Source of the DNA: Eledone cirrhosa
Taxonomy: Eukaryota
Length of the DNA: 64,000 bases
Assembly: GCA_964016885.1 (NCBI GenBank)
Contig: OZ024760.1
Span: 15,376,001-15,440,000, forward strand
Reading direction: 5' to 3'
Below the pieces are notes generated by a model that did not search any database, was not told the origin of the DNA, and was given only the letters and a program-made list of their open reading frames with translations. Made by a program: the position numbers and the translations under genes. Within the stretch, counting starts at the first letter, position 1, and every line of letters starts with the position of its first letter. Of this stretch, positions 17,315-29,143 are shown one piece after another.

Positions 17315-17567
17315 GAAGGAAATGTAGTAAGGAACCAGGTGGACCATAACGCACCAAAGTACTCAATACTTAGGGTAGTAGAGTGGGTAATAGGAACGAG
17401 TAGGGCCCCGACGGCTGAGCTCAAGCCGTTTCGACGGCTAATTGTGTCGAAATGGCTTGAGCTCAGCCGTTGGGGTCCTACTCGTTCCCATTACCCACTC
17501 TACTACCCTAAGTATTGAGTACTTTGGTGCGTTATGGTCCACCTGGTTCTTTACCACATTTCCTTCG

Positions 17568-17570
<3 letters not shown>
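17312..17570. mobile_element. About 260-bp near-perfect palindrome in (TA)n (family A, Penelope pLTR-like)
   Basis: Arms aacgaagga...tttcgac and gtcgaaa...tccttcgtt. Related copies at about 8477, 39221, 41767 and 52925. Confidence 0.75.
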
Positions 17571-17617
<47 letters not shown>

Positions 17618-17667
17618 GTGAAAGAGTGAAGAATAATATGGTCGGCTGTACAAAAAGGGTTTATTTA

Positions 17668-17772
17668 CAGTGTTAACAATTGTTTCATTGATCAGGTGAG
17701 TCTAAAGGTCGTTAATCACTCGAAGTTGTGTCACTTGACCTTAAATACAGTGTGTGTCTCATCAGAATACTG
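17668..17772 (-). ncRNA. Type I hammerhead candidate with a 72-nt stem II region
   Basis: CAGUAUU-CUGAUGA-[72 nt]-GAAAC AAUU GUU-AACACUG followed by AAUAAA. Confidence 0.55.
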
Positions 17773-18261
17773 GAGGGCATTGGTATTTATAGATACATCG
17801 GAGAATCAAGTGAATGAAAACGTCAATAATAAAAGATAGTAATAAAGAAGTAAAAATGAAAATGATTAAGATGTAAAAAATAAGTATAAATTACAGTTGC
17901 TGATAATAGTAGTAAATGAAGACATAACCTCTTCTCTATATACTGTAATAAATATATATATATTACAGAATATAGAGAAGAGGTTATGTGTTCATTTACA
18001 AGGGGCAGAGAACCACTATAGTGAAGTATATAAGGTCTTCGAAAAGTGGAGAAAATAGGTGGGTTTTTTTACATTTTAATTTTACCTCTTAATTATGTAT
18101 TTTCCCCACTTTTTGTAGACCTTTATAGCCTTCACTACAGAGGGTCCCTATCCCTTGTAAATGAAAACATAATTGTCTTCTTCTCTATATACTGTATTAT
18201 TGAGAGCTCAATAATTTATTCCTTGAGCTCATAAAATTACAGGGGAGTCTTTAACTGTTTT

Positions 18262-18408
<147 letters not shown>

Positions 18409-18448
18409 ACACATGCTCAGAGAGACAGAGAAAAAGTGAGTTACATAC

Positions 18449-18566
18449 CTTTACTTGATTTATTCATTTTCCCTGAGATAGATTTACAGGTGGTATTGTC
18501 CCCATTGCAAATTCCACAGTTGTCCTCTGCCATACCGGATTCCAAGACACCATCACATCCGACTTC
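18449..18566 (-). CDS. ADAMTS exon 16
   Basis: EVGCDGVLESGMAEDNCGICNGDNTTCKSISG; tgtcag / gtatgt. Confidence 0.93.
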
Positions 18567-18887
18567 CTGACAAAGACAGACAGACAGACAGACAATGATA
18601 AGACATTTAGAGTCAGAGATGTGGGCAAAAGAACATTTTTAGAAGATATCAGCCCTTAGTACTTGACTGGTCTGGTACTTCATTTTATGAACCCTAGAAG
18701 CCAAAAGGTGAGGTCAACCATAAGGAAATAGGAACTCAGAATGTAAAGAGAGAGAGAGAAAGAGAGAGAGGTTAAATTAAATTAATATTGGAAGCTGGTG
18801 AAATTGGAACTCAGAATGTAAAGAGGGAGAGAGAGAAAGAAATGTAAATATAGAGAAATAAACAAAAAAAGAAAAGTGGAAGCAGAC

Positions 18888-19021
18888 CTGGCAAATACCG
18901 CGGACACATATGTTATGAACTTCTTCATACTGACATGGAGTTCCATCTTTGACATCTGCTTCTGTTTGCAGAATTTCCCCTGTCTCTCTAGAGATGCAGT
19001 TTAACTTGCAATAGTTTGTAC
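18888..19021 (-). CDS. ADAMTS exon 15 (Cys-rich)
   Basis: TNYCKLNC...VKDGTPCQYEEVHNICVRGICQ; ttccag / gtctgc. Confidence 0.92.
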
Positions 19022-19335
19022 CTGGAAAATAGGCCAAGCAATTAAAACAATCGTTTCTACTTTAGGCACAAGGCCAGCAATTTGGGGAGATCGGAAAGTC
19101 GATTAAATTGAACTCAGTACATGACTGGTACTTTATTTTATCTACCCCATAAGGATGAAAAGCAAAACTAACCTCGGCGGGATTTGAACTCAGAATGTAA
19201 AGGCCCGTAACTCTATGCGTCAAAGCATGGCGTCCGACCCTCTACCAATACTGCCAATCCACGAGTAATAATTGAAGCTAATAACTATAAATAACAGTGG
19301 AATATATCGGGTAAAGTACTCAATATGTGCCTTAC

Positions 19336-19441
19336 TGTTTTCAAGTTGGGTTGGTCTCCAAGTATGTTGATTGTTTCCGATCACAAAACCATTGAAGTTG
19401 GCACATTGTTCCCCTCTCATATCTTTGTGGTTTACACACAC
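19336..19441 (-). CDS. ADAMTS exon 14 (Cys-rich)
   Basis: VCVNHKDMRGEQCANFN...HTWRPTQLEN; ttacag / gtaagg. Confidence 0.92.
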
Positions 19442-19484
19442 CTGTAACAAAGAAATCATTACACACACACATATATATATATAT

Positions 19485-19600
19485 TCTTCTGATGAAGGAC
19501 TAGCATCTGAAACGTTAAGACCTTCTTCCTGCTATATCAAGTGTTAACGTAATATATTCCTTCCATTTACTGTACCGATTGTGTTATTTCTGTTTACCTT
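19485..19600 (+). mobile_element. Family B hammerhead-bearing element end (also 47058-47175 minus, 60331-60450 plus; degenerate at about 45080 and 63470)
   Basis: Consensus UCUU-CUGAUGA-AGGAC UAGC GUCC-GAAACGUUAAGA followed by a shared 90-nt tail ending at a microsatellite. Confidence 0.7.
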
Positions 19601-19612
19601 TTAGATACATAC

Positions 19613-19643
<31 letters not shown>

Positions 19644-20049
19644 GCAAATTCAAAGTTTGAAAGCCATGCCAATGCAGATTGGACAGATAAATAATAAAGT
19701 AAGAAACAAGGAGTCTTTCTTTTACCATAATTTATTCATATGTCCTGATATTTTGAGATTACTATCTCTTCTTCCGAGGAAAATAAAGGAACTATTCCAG
19801 TGTCCGAAGAATGATGTAACAAGTCTCTTCAGACATGTGGCTTTCAAATTTTGAATTCTTTATACCATATATACAATGCTTCAAGTAAATTACAAATTCC
19901 TCCATATTTATTTATGCATGCGCGCGCACACGCACACTCACACACACACTCACACACACACTCACACACACACACTCACACACACACTCACACACACACT
20001 CACACACACACTCACACACACACTCACACACACACACACACACTCTCTC

Positions 20050-20084
<35 letters not shown>

Positions 20085-20131
20085 TAACCATTTAGCCACA
20101 TATTCAGTATATGTTAACTAATTCCACATAC

Positions 20132-20195
20132 CTTAGATTTGCAAATCTTGAAATCTTCAAGACGACCATCACATTCCTTTCCACTAAATGCTGGG
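20132..20195 (-). CDS. ADAMTS exon 13
   Basis: PAFSGKECDGRLEDFKICKSK; cttcag / gtatgt. Confidence 0.92.
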
Positions 20196-20229
20196 CTGAA
20201 GAAAGAAAAAACAGTATATATATATAATC

Positions 20230-20675
20230 AGAGAACTCCTTGTAGAGAACTCCATAGACTTCGTCATGTACTCTCGTTATGTAGACGATATTAATATAGT
20301 AATAAGAACACCCTCACAAGAGAGTACTAATAAATATGATTTAGAAAATAGCACAATGGAGAGCATCGAGCAGATAGCTAACCCCATACACCAGAGTATA
20401 ACTGTAACTATTGACTACCCTTCCAAACACTCTAACAATCTGGATTAACACTATAGACGAGAGGGGCCCAAATTCTCCTCACACTATGCTAAACCCATGG
20501 CCTCCAAATACCTGATACTCAAAAACTCAGCATTTTCCAATAGTGCTAAGTTTAATATTCTGATCGCAGACTTGGTAAGAGTCATGAAGAATGTGTCCTG
20601 CATGTGCAACCCAACTGAAATGAAAAGGCACATCCAACACTTCATCAACTGCATGCAGTTCTCTGGCTACAAAAG
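20230..20675 (+). mobile_element. Penelope-like element reverse transcriptase fragment (disrupted)
   Basis: YSRYVDDI...ITVTIDYPSKH and HYAKPMASKYLILKNSA...ILIADLVRVMKN...MQFSGY (RT domain 5-7 plus thumb). Starts right after a (TA)n run. Confidence 0.7.
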
Positions 20676-20679
20676 AGCC

Positions 20680-21395
20680 ACGGAGACACTGGATCAAGAC
20701 CTTTGGTGCCATACAGTTGTACAGAAGACCTGACTACCATTGCATACAAACCCAGTTAGTAGGCACCTCTTAACTCAATGTACACCCCACCGCCACAAAC
20801 TACCTCACCTTCTCTCTCCCGTTCCTTCCACTGTGTCGATGACACAACAGTCCATACTATAAAGTGGCCGTGTAGGAGACACGGTGAAAAGGCTCCCAGT
20901 CCACACTGTAATGTGGCCGTGTAGGAGACACGGTGAAAAGGCTCCCAGTCCACACTGTAATGTGGCCGTGTAGGAGACACGGTGAAAAGGCTCCCAGTCC
21001 ACACTGTAATGTGGCCGTGTAGGAGACACGGTGAAAAGGCTCCCAGTCCAACTGTAATGTGGCCGTGTAGGAGACACAGTGAAAAGGCTCCCAGTCCACA
21101 CTGTAATGTGGCCGTGTAGGAGACACGGCGAAAAGGCTCCCAGTCCAACTGTAATGTGGCCGTGTAGGAGACACGGTGAAAAGGCTCCCAGTCCACACTG
21201 TTAATGTGGTTGGTGTTAGGAAGGGCATACAGCTGTAAAAAAAAACCTGCCAGAGACACTTCCATGTGAGCGAGACATGGTCTCCCGACCATTCCTGCAT
21301 CAAATGGAATAAAACCGTCTAATCCATGCTAGCATGGAAGATGGACGTTAAACGATGATGATAATGATGATAATGATGATAATGATGATGATGAT
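20680..21395 (+). mobile_element. RTE LINE 3' end containing a 42-bp tandem array (about 8 copies, 20862-21200)
   Basis: LDQDLWCHTVVQKT*, the same 3'UTR as the 15462 copy, and a (GAT)n tail. Confidence 0.8.
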
Positions 21396-21405
21396 CTCCA
21401 CTTAC

Positions 21406-21548
21406 CTGGGGTTGTTACATTTGCGTTGTCTGAAACGTGCCCCAAAGCCACACGACACGGAGCACTGGCTCCAGTTGTTCCAGGAACCCCAACCTCCATC
21501 TATTGGGATCAAGTTACTCTTGTATTGACAAGCTCCTCCAAGACACCA
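21406..21548 (-). CDS. ADAMTS exon 12 (central TSP1)
   Basis: WCLGGAC...IDGGWGSWNNWSQCSVSCGFGARFRQRKCNNP; ggcag / gtaagt. Confidence 0.94.
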
Positions 21549-21581
21549 CTGCCGAACAGGAAAAGAAAGGACAAAGAAAAA

Positions 21582-22260
21582 TAGGTGGTTGTTGTTGCTG
21601 TGGTGGTAGTATTGGTGGTTGTGGTAGTGGTTGTGGTAGTAGTGGTGGTTGTGGTGGTGGTGGTGGTAGTTGTGGTGGTTGTTGTTGTTGTTGTTGTGGT
21701 GGCAGTATTGGTGGTGGTGGTAGTTGTGGTGGTTATTGTTGTTGTTGTGGTGGTGGCAGTATTGGTGGTGGTGGTAGTTGTGGTGGTTATTGTTGTTGTT
21801 GTGGTGGTGGCAGTATTGGTGGTGGTGGTAGTTGTGGTGGTTATTGTTGTTGTTGTGGTGGTGGCAGTATTGGTGGTGGTGGTAGTTGTGGTGGTTATTG
21901 TTGTTGTTGTTGTGGTGGTGGCAGTATTGGTAGTGGTGGTGGTGGTGGTAGTAATAGTTGTGGAGTTTGTTGTTGTGGTGGCAGTATTGGTGGTGGTGGT
22001 AGTAGTGGTAGTTGTGGTGGTTGTTGTTGTTGTGGTGGCAGTATTGGTGGTGGTGGTTGTAGTATTGGTGGTGGTGGTAGTTGTGGTGGTTGTTGTTGTT
22101 GGTGGAGGTAGTGGGGTTGGTAGTAGTAGTGTTGGTGATGGTGGTTGTTGTTGTTGTTACTGTGGTAGTAGTATTGGTGGTGGTTGTTGTTGTTGCTGTG
22201 GTAGTAGTATTGGTGGTCGTTGTGGTTTTAGTAATGGTGATAGTGGTGATGATGGTAGTG
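21582..22260. repeat. (GGT/GTT/AGT)n compound trinucleotide array
   Basis: Seen directly. Confidence 0.95.
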
Positions 22261-22379
22261 TTCTCTCTTGCACACATCTGATTCCTCTTCTATATTCCTC
22301 TGAGCTCATCCGTACTTCATTCATCAACCCTAACATTACACCATTACACACCCAACAGAGTATGCTCATTTCATTTAAT

Positions 22380-22564
22380 TGTTTCTACTTTAGGCACAAG
22401 GCCAGCAATTATCCAGTACATTACTGGTACTTTATTTTATCGACCTCGTAAGGATGAAAGGCAAAATCAACCTCGGCGGGATTTGAACTCAGACCGTAAA
22501 GGGACGTAACTATGCTGGAAAGCATGGCGTCCGACCCTCTACCGATACTGCCAATCCACTGCCT
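22380..22564 (-). mobile_element. tRNA-derived SINE (octopus OK/OR-like), representative full copy; others at about 3270, 3418, 4480, 19052, 25370, 26040(+), 28422, 34024, 34228, 47500, 48535, 48743, 53333, 57325(+), 59763
   Basis: GGCRGTGGATTGGCAGTATCGGTAGAG A-box-like head, GAGTTCAAATCCC B box, conserved GATAAAATAAAGTACCAG body, ATT-rich tail. Confidence 0.85.
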
Positions 22565-22601
22565 TTTCATTTAATGATAGTTATTTAGTACAGATACGAA
22601 C

Positions 22602-22715
22602 CTGGCCATATCCACACTTGGATCCTTCCAATGGAGGTCCATTTTTGGTCCTGCACAAGTGCATGCTGGTCTGGTGACTGCACCAAAGACGTGTGCAGGG
22701 ATCCAACTGTCGAAA
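22602..22715 (-). CDS. ADAMTS exon 11 (disintegrin-like)
   Basis: FRQLDPCTRLWCSHQTSMHLCRTKNGPPLEGSKCGYGQ; atttcag / gttcgt. Confidence 0.93.
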
Positions 22716-23289
22716 CTGAAATAAATGAAAAAAAAAAAATATATATATATTAAAACTTAGAATTCAAGTAAAATATACTGCCCCAACCATCACCACCTTA
22801 TATAAGGGCCCCAGTCGTTGTCACAACACTTTTCTAGGGGAGGGAAACTCTGAAAAAAATCTGCGGCTTCGGAAGCATCCGATGATGATGACTAGTTCTC
22901 CTTTCCGGGTAGTGTTTTCGATGCTCAGAGAGTGGGATTGGTCGTGTGCAAGGCCTTTCCCCACTTAAAAAAACTTTCAAAGCACAGACATTGCTTGTTC
23001 AGAATATGTTACAGGTTCGTGTGGCTGGCCGTAGCCTAAAGGTGCACCAAAATCTATAATCTGACAGCTAGAACTCGAACAGAAAAACATAATGGTGGAA
23101 CAAAGTTTACCTCCATTATTTCAGTCCTTTGATATGCCCTGTCCCAAAGTGTGGTGTTTTCTCAAAGAACTGCTAATATACTAAGTTAAGGTATCATAAC
23201 ATAGGGTTGTGAGGGTAGTCTTCAAAACCTCCTTCCTGTGGGTCCTATCAGAAGCAACTGTCTGCAACTGATCTGACTAATTCCCCAAG

Positions 23290-23740
23290 CGAGACCAGCC
23301 AAGCTCATGGATGTTATCCAATCATCTTGCTTGGGATCTAACCCCCCCCCCCCCCCTCTCTCTCATGCCGATTGGTTTTGCCTGTAAAATCCGTCCACCA
23401 ATTCTTTCCTGAGACATTCTAACCACATGTCCATAGTATCAGAGCTGTAATCTCTCAATTTGGAGAAGTAGCAGCTCTACTTGGAGTGATTTCTTGATCT
23501 CCAAGCTACAAATATGTCTAGCGATTCTTTCCTGAGACATTCTAGCCACATGTCCATAGTATTGGAGCTGTGATCTCTCAATTCAGAGAAGTAGTGGCTC
23601 TACCTGGAGTGACTCTCTGATATCTGAACTGCACACTCTATTGAGTAACGTTACTCCAAAGACCCTTCGGAGGAATCCCATTTCAGCCCTTTTTTTTCGC
23701 AATTGTATTCTTTCTTTCTCTTTGTTTATTATCTGTTCAA
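23290..23740 (-). mobile_element. Degenerate RTE-type LINE fragment with an internal duplication
   Basis: AEMGFLRRVFGVTLLNRV...QLQYYGHVARMSQER. Confidence 0.7.
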
Positions 23741-23815
23741 ATAAATGTAATCATCTTGGACACTCCACTACAACCAAATATAAAATATATATAAACTGTT
23801 TGTTGACCAACTTAC

Positions 23816-23948
23816 CCCTCCGCACACACGGAAGCCATCACCAAACTCTTGTTTACATTGAGCATCTAAACTCCAGCCAACACCAATAGGTGTCGCCAGT
23901 GATGGCCAGGCTCGACGTTTGGGGTTGTTACGAAGACAGGTCAAGTGG
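23816..23948 (-). CDS. ADAMTS exon 10
   Basis: HLTCLRNNP...WSLDAQCKQEFGDGFRVCGG; ctacag / gtaagt. Confidence 0.93.
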
Positions 23949-24673
23949 CTGTAGAAGAGATACACACACATGTATATGTATGGTATGTATATGTGTGTGT
24001 GTATAAATATATATATGTATATATGTATTTATATGTATATCTGTATGTATCCGAGTGCTTAGCTGCACACCGAAACTGCATTCGTTAGCTTGGGTGCAAC
24101 TATGGCTTCTTTGATGCTGTACTAAATTTTATATATATATATATATATATATAGATGTGTGTGTATGTATATAGATATGTGTATGTGTGTGTGTGTATGT
24201 ATATAGATATGTGTATGTGTGTGTATGTATGTATATAGATATGTGTATGTGTGTGTATGTATGTATATAGATATGTGTATGTGTGTGTATGTATGTATAT
24301 AGATATGTGTGTGTGTGTATGTATATTTATAGATATATATGTATATATGTGTGTATATATGTATGTGTATATGTGTATATATGTATATATATGTGTATAT
24401 ATATGTGTGTAAGGATGTGTGTATACGTGTATATATGTATGTATATATATGTGTAAGGGTGTGTGTATACGTGTATATATGTATGTGTGTATATGTGTGT
24501 GTGTAAGGATGTGTGTATACGTGTATATATATATATATATATATGTGTTGACATATACATATACACACATCTTTACACAACCACACACACACACACATAT
24601 ATATATGATGATCATCATCATCATCATTTAACGTCTATCTTCCACGCTAGCATGGGTTATGTATGTTACTCAC

Positions 24674-24817
24674 TATGCGAAGTATCTCATCCTAGCGGCA
24701 CTACAGTCTGACCAGTAGTAGGTGTCAAAGGTTGATTCCACCATTGGTGCCATGATACTTCCATGGTACCTGGTACCATAACAGTGGTTGCCTTGACCAT
24801 CATGTTGGACACCAAAC
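24674..24817 (-). CDS. ADAMTS exon 9 (third zinc His and Met-turn)
   Basis: VFGVQHDGQGNHCYGTRYHGSIMAPMVESTFDTYYWSDCS; ccacag / gtgagt. Confidence 0.95.
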
Positions 24818-24821
24818 CTGT

Positions 24822-25370
24822 GGAGGAGAGGTAGGGAGAGTATAGTGGTGTAGAGTGAGGGGGAGAGAGGTAGGGAGAGTAGAGTGGTGTAGAGAGCGAG
24901 GGGGAGAGAGGTAGGGAGAGTAGAGTGGTGTAGAGAGCGAGGGGGAGAGAGGTAGGGGGAGTAGTTGTGTAATGAGGGAGGGGGAGAGTAGTGCTGTAGG
25001 GAGTGGGGGGAGGGGTAGGGAGAGTAGAGTGGTGTAGGGAGTGAGGGGGAGAGAGGTAGGGGAGTAGTGGTGTAGTGAGGGAGGGGGAGAATAGTGGTGT
25101 AGGGAGTGAGGGGTAGGGGGAGTAGTGGTGTAGTGAGGGAGGGGGAGAGTAGTGCTGTAGGGAGTGGGGGGAGAGGGGTAGGGAGAGTAGAGTGGTGTAG
25201 GGAGTGAGGGGCGTGGGGAGAGTAGAGTGGTGTAGGGAGGGAGGGGGATAGAGGTAAGGAGAGTAGTGGTGTAGAATGAGGGGGGGATGGATGGAGAGTA
25301 GTGGTGTAGTGAGGGGGAGAGAGATAAAGGGAAGAGAGATGGAGAGGGTGAGAGTGGGGAGGAAAGTGAG
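24822..25370. repeat. G-rich imperfect minisatellite (GGGAGAGTAGAGTGGTGTAG)
   Basis: Runs up to the exon 9 acceptor. Confidence 0.85.
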
Positions 25371-25548
25371 ATTAAATCAACCCCAGTGCATTACGGGTAC
25401 CATAGTTTATCAACCCCGTAAAAATTAAAGACAAAGCTAACCTCGGCAGGATTGAAATCAGAGCGTAAAGGGCCATAACTCTATGCTGCAAAGCATTTTG
25501 TCTGACGCTCTACCGATTCTGCCAATCAGTGACAGCTTTTACACTTAC

Positions 25549-25654
25549 ACATGTGCAGCTTCATGAGAGACGATAAAAGCTGATGTCAGGCCGCCATCTT
25601 TATTAATGGAACAACTTCTGTGGGGTCTACACATTCCAGTCACTGGAGCGTAAC
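25549..25654 (-). CDS. ADAMTS exon 8 (HExxH)
   Basis: [35 protein letters not shown]; tttaaag / gtaagt. Confidence 0.95.
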
Positions 25655-25789
25655 CTTTAAAAAATAAAACAGAAAACAAAATCCCAGTAAAATAAGATGT
25701 TAAAAGTACAGCAAAGAAACAGACATATTTGAACCTACAACACCATAACCTGTATAAAAAAAGGAGCAATCGACTTTCGTCAAATCGGA

Positions 25790-25980
25790 CCGTGGAAACA
25801 ATGTTTCCATTGATCTTTCCAATTGCTAATACTATCTATTCGTCACAACTCCAGGTAGAAGGAGCAACATGAAATAAAATGTCTTGCTCAAGGGCATAAC
25901 GTATCGCCTGGTCCAGGAATCGAACTCACAACCTCACGATTGCGAATTCAGTTCTCTAACCACTCACCCACACGCCTTCA
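25790..25980 (-). mobile_element. Second tRNA-derived SINE family (also 56935-57130 plus, 59515-59620 minus, about 61405-61720 plus)
   Basis: GAAGGYGYGTGG...GTGGTTAG...GAGTTCGATTCC...CCTTGAGYAAGACA head. Confidence 0.7.
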
Positions 25981-26646
25981 CATAACCTGTATATGTGACT
26001 CTAAAGGGTTTAAAGTTTGTCTTATCCCAGTTTCCATAGATGGCGAATCGGCAGTCATTAGAGCATCGGATAGAATGCTTTGTGGTATTCGTTCTGACTC
26101 TGTGCTCTGTGAGTTCAAATCCCGCTGAGGTCAACTTTGTCTTTCATCCTTTTGAGGTCGATAAAAAAAGTACCTCTATATCTCTTTCTCATTTCTCTCT
26201 TTCTCTAGAAGAAATCTATTGTATTCAGACCTGGAGAGGGATGGGAACCGCCTGGCTTAAAATGCCCAAGAAATGCCATATGTCAATACGGAGCTCCTAC
26301 GACTCTATCAGGAGTTACGTGACCATACCTACATGCTGGTTTCCATGATGGGAAGTGACTGAGAGTACAATTACTCGTTTTGGTTACATATTGAGACCCC
26401 AACCTATCCAGTATATTTTATAACGTATTGGATTTCTAGTAATGTACTTTTTTTGTCATGTATAATGTTTTGTTTTTTAATGTATAAAGAAAATTGTGGC
26501 AGAATTGCTACCACTTAAAATAAAATTATACTGGTGATAGATTAGCAAAATTTAATAAGGGGGGTTGGGTTATGAAAAGGTGGGGTGGAAAAAATCTGAA
26601 AAATTAATAAGCTGGGGGAGGGAGACGATTATTTGAGACCCAAGAG

Positions 26647-26898
26647 CAGGGGCCTCGTTTGCCGTAAAAATGTGAGGGGGACAAACCAACATATGTTGAT
26701 TCTTAAGGGAGCATAAATTGCTTATGGTGTCTTTCCCGGGCCCTATCATATAAGTAACATTTTATATATTCAAATGAATTTCAGATATAAAAAATAAGCT
26801 TAATTATTTATTATATCAAATAAACAAAAAATAAAACATAGACGTTTGAAAAAGTGGGAGGACTTGTCCCCTGGTACCTTCCTGAAACAAGGCCCTTG
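26647..26898. mobile_element. hAT-type MITE
   Basis: TIRs CAGGGGCCTCGTTT / AAACAAGGCCCTTG (12/14) and an 8-bp TSD CCCAAGAG on both sides. Confidence 0.8.
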
Positions 26899-27274
26899 CC
26901 CAAGAGTAAGTCGGTGGTGTTTCAACTGCACCCTGTGACCATGGAAGGATGAATGGTGAAGTTAACCTTAGCAGGATTTAAACTCTGAATCTGAATATAA
27001 AAAACCAGAGCAAATACCAGATGCCAATCTATTACAGGGTTATACCCACAGCTATTACTGGTACTCATTTTCAGCTGAGTATACTGGAGCAATGTGAAAT
27101 GAAGTGTTTTGCTCAAGAAGTCCAGATATCGAACCCAAGACAGTCAGGTCCTTGAATTTTGAAAAGAACCATTCCTTTCTTTCCCCACCCTGGGGTCGGG
27201 AAACAGTCTTACCCTGGCTTACAAAATGTTCTCTCTATATGAAGGTGAAGTCTTTGTAATAGTTGTGATCTTAC

Positions 27275-27422
27275 CAGCTGGTCCAATATCTCTCTTGGTC
27301 ATGAAAATGGCCAAGTCATGGTTGGTCTCCCTCCCGCGGTTTTCGTGGTATTTCTGTGTGGCCCATTGACAAAAGCGGTCAAGGGTGGCTTGAGCATGCG
27401 CCTCATTTATGATGCCATGAGC
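27275..27422 (-). CDS. ADAMTS exon 7
   Basis: AHGIINEAHAQATLDRFCQWA...NHDLAIFMTKRDIGPA; ttctag / gtaaga. Confidence 0.93.
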
Positions 27423-28179
27423 CTAGAATAAGAGAAGAGAATGAGAAAATGTAAAAACAACAAAAAAAAAAAAACAAACAATGAATACATTTCTTAACCA
27501 CCTGGCCATGCTGGATCCGCAAGAAGTGACATTAACTCTTTTGCTGCCATATTTCTAATGAAAGACAGTGAAGGATTTTCAAATAATTTTGAATATCAAG
27601 AATTTGGATGGATTTAGTAATCCACATTAGTTATAACAAAGCTTATAAACTATATTCCCAGCACAGATGTAGGCCTCTATAGAGATGATGGTTTACTCTT
27701 TCCAAAGTACACCTTGAGCTTTACTGCGTGTGCTTGGATTGGACTGGATTGGATTGGACTGGACTGTTTGAGTAAACCTGGTCTCGGGAGCCACAGTCAC
27801 AGCCGTGTTCAAACCAGTGAACTATGGCCTCCGCTGTGTTGTGAAGGTTCACAGGCAACCTGATGGAAGATCTGAGGGCCAGGGATATCCATAGTTGTCA
27901 TCAATGTGCGAAGAAGTGCAAGTCTCTAGCAGGCTTGAAAAGCCATATCCAAGCGTCACACATCTGAATCTGACAAGCAATTGCTATACTCTTAGCAGAG
28001 TTTGCAGCCCTCATATATATATATATTATTTTTTTTTTTCAATGTGGTCTGCCCTTCGTGGTAGGGTCCGTACCGTAGATAGAACTCAATGTAATCTTAT
28101 TGCGAGCAATCCAGTAATATCCATAGGAAGGTTTCATGTTCCGCTGAGTTAATCCCTTAGATACAGTCTGATATTAGAT

Positions 28180-28305
28180 ATTGTTTCCGAAGAAGACGGT
28201 GTGAACGAACCTATATATGAAGTTTGATAGTATACAGTTATATAACTGATATAGATCAGACAATATGTCAATATGATCGACCCTCCGAAACGATCGTAAA
28301 ACAAT
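28180..28305 (+). ncRNA. Type I hammerhead relic with a 93-nt stem II region
   Basis: AUUGUUU-CCGAAGA-[93 nt]-GAAAC GAUC GUA-AAACAAU. Stem I is a perfect 7 bp; the core has U4C. Confidence 0.5.
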
Positions 28306-28641
28306 GATATGAATAGGTAAAATAACTAGACATTATTATTTTCATTGTTAAATTAATATCTAATATATATACATATATATATAGAGAGAGAAAGAGTGAA
28401 TGTGTGTGTGTAATAATAATAATTGTTTCTACTTTTGTCACAAGGCCAGCAATTACCCAGTACATTACTGGTACTTTATTTTATCGACCCCGTAAGGATG
28501 AAAGGCAAAGTTAACCTCGGCGGGATTTGAACTCAGACCATAAAGGGCCGTAAATTTTTGTTGCAAAGCATGGCGTCCGACCGACCCTCTACCGATACTG
28601 CCAATCTAATAATAATAATAATAATAAGCATCATAAATTAC

Positions 28642-28725
28642 AGTTCGGTCATCCAAGAGGATAATTCTTTTCAGGACAACTTCAATTTTCATTCCTAAAG
28701 AGGGGTGTTGGTAGACAGTGTTCAT
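28642..28725 (-). CDS. ADAMTS exon 6
   Basis: [28 protein letters not shown]; atttcag / gtaatt. Confidence 0.92.
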
Positions 28726-28742
28726 CTGAAATAGAAGTCATC

Positions 28743-28807
<65 letters not shown>

Positions 28808-28978
28808 GCATATATATGTGTAGGTATGTATATTTCCTCTGATAGTTTGTAAAATGTTTACATAGATCTATATGATATACATACCAACACACACATATAT
28901 ATCCTAGAAACGATCGTAAAATGAGGAATTTTTTAATATAAGGAACTGTTTCTTTGTTTTTATTCATTGTTTTTATTA

Positions 28979-29022
<44 letters not shown>

Positions 29023-29105
29023 ATCTACGAAACCAGTGGTAATGCGAGGACAATTCAAACTGTTAACACACACTGTAGTAATAGTAGTAGTAGTAATAGT
29101 AGTAA

Positions 29106-29143
<38 letters not shown>

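Noticed and set aside
21437-22451. Gly/Cys-rich keratin-associated-like and poly-Val ORFs
   Set aside because: Intronic trinucleotide array antisense to ADAMTS; only 21406-21548 on the minus strand is coding.
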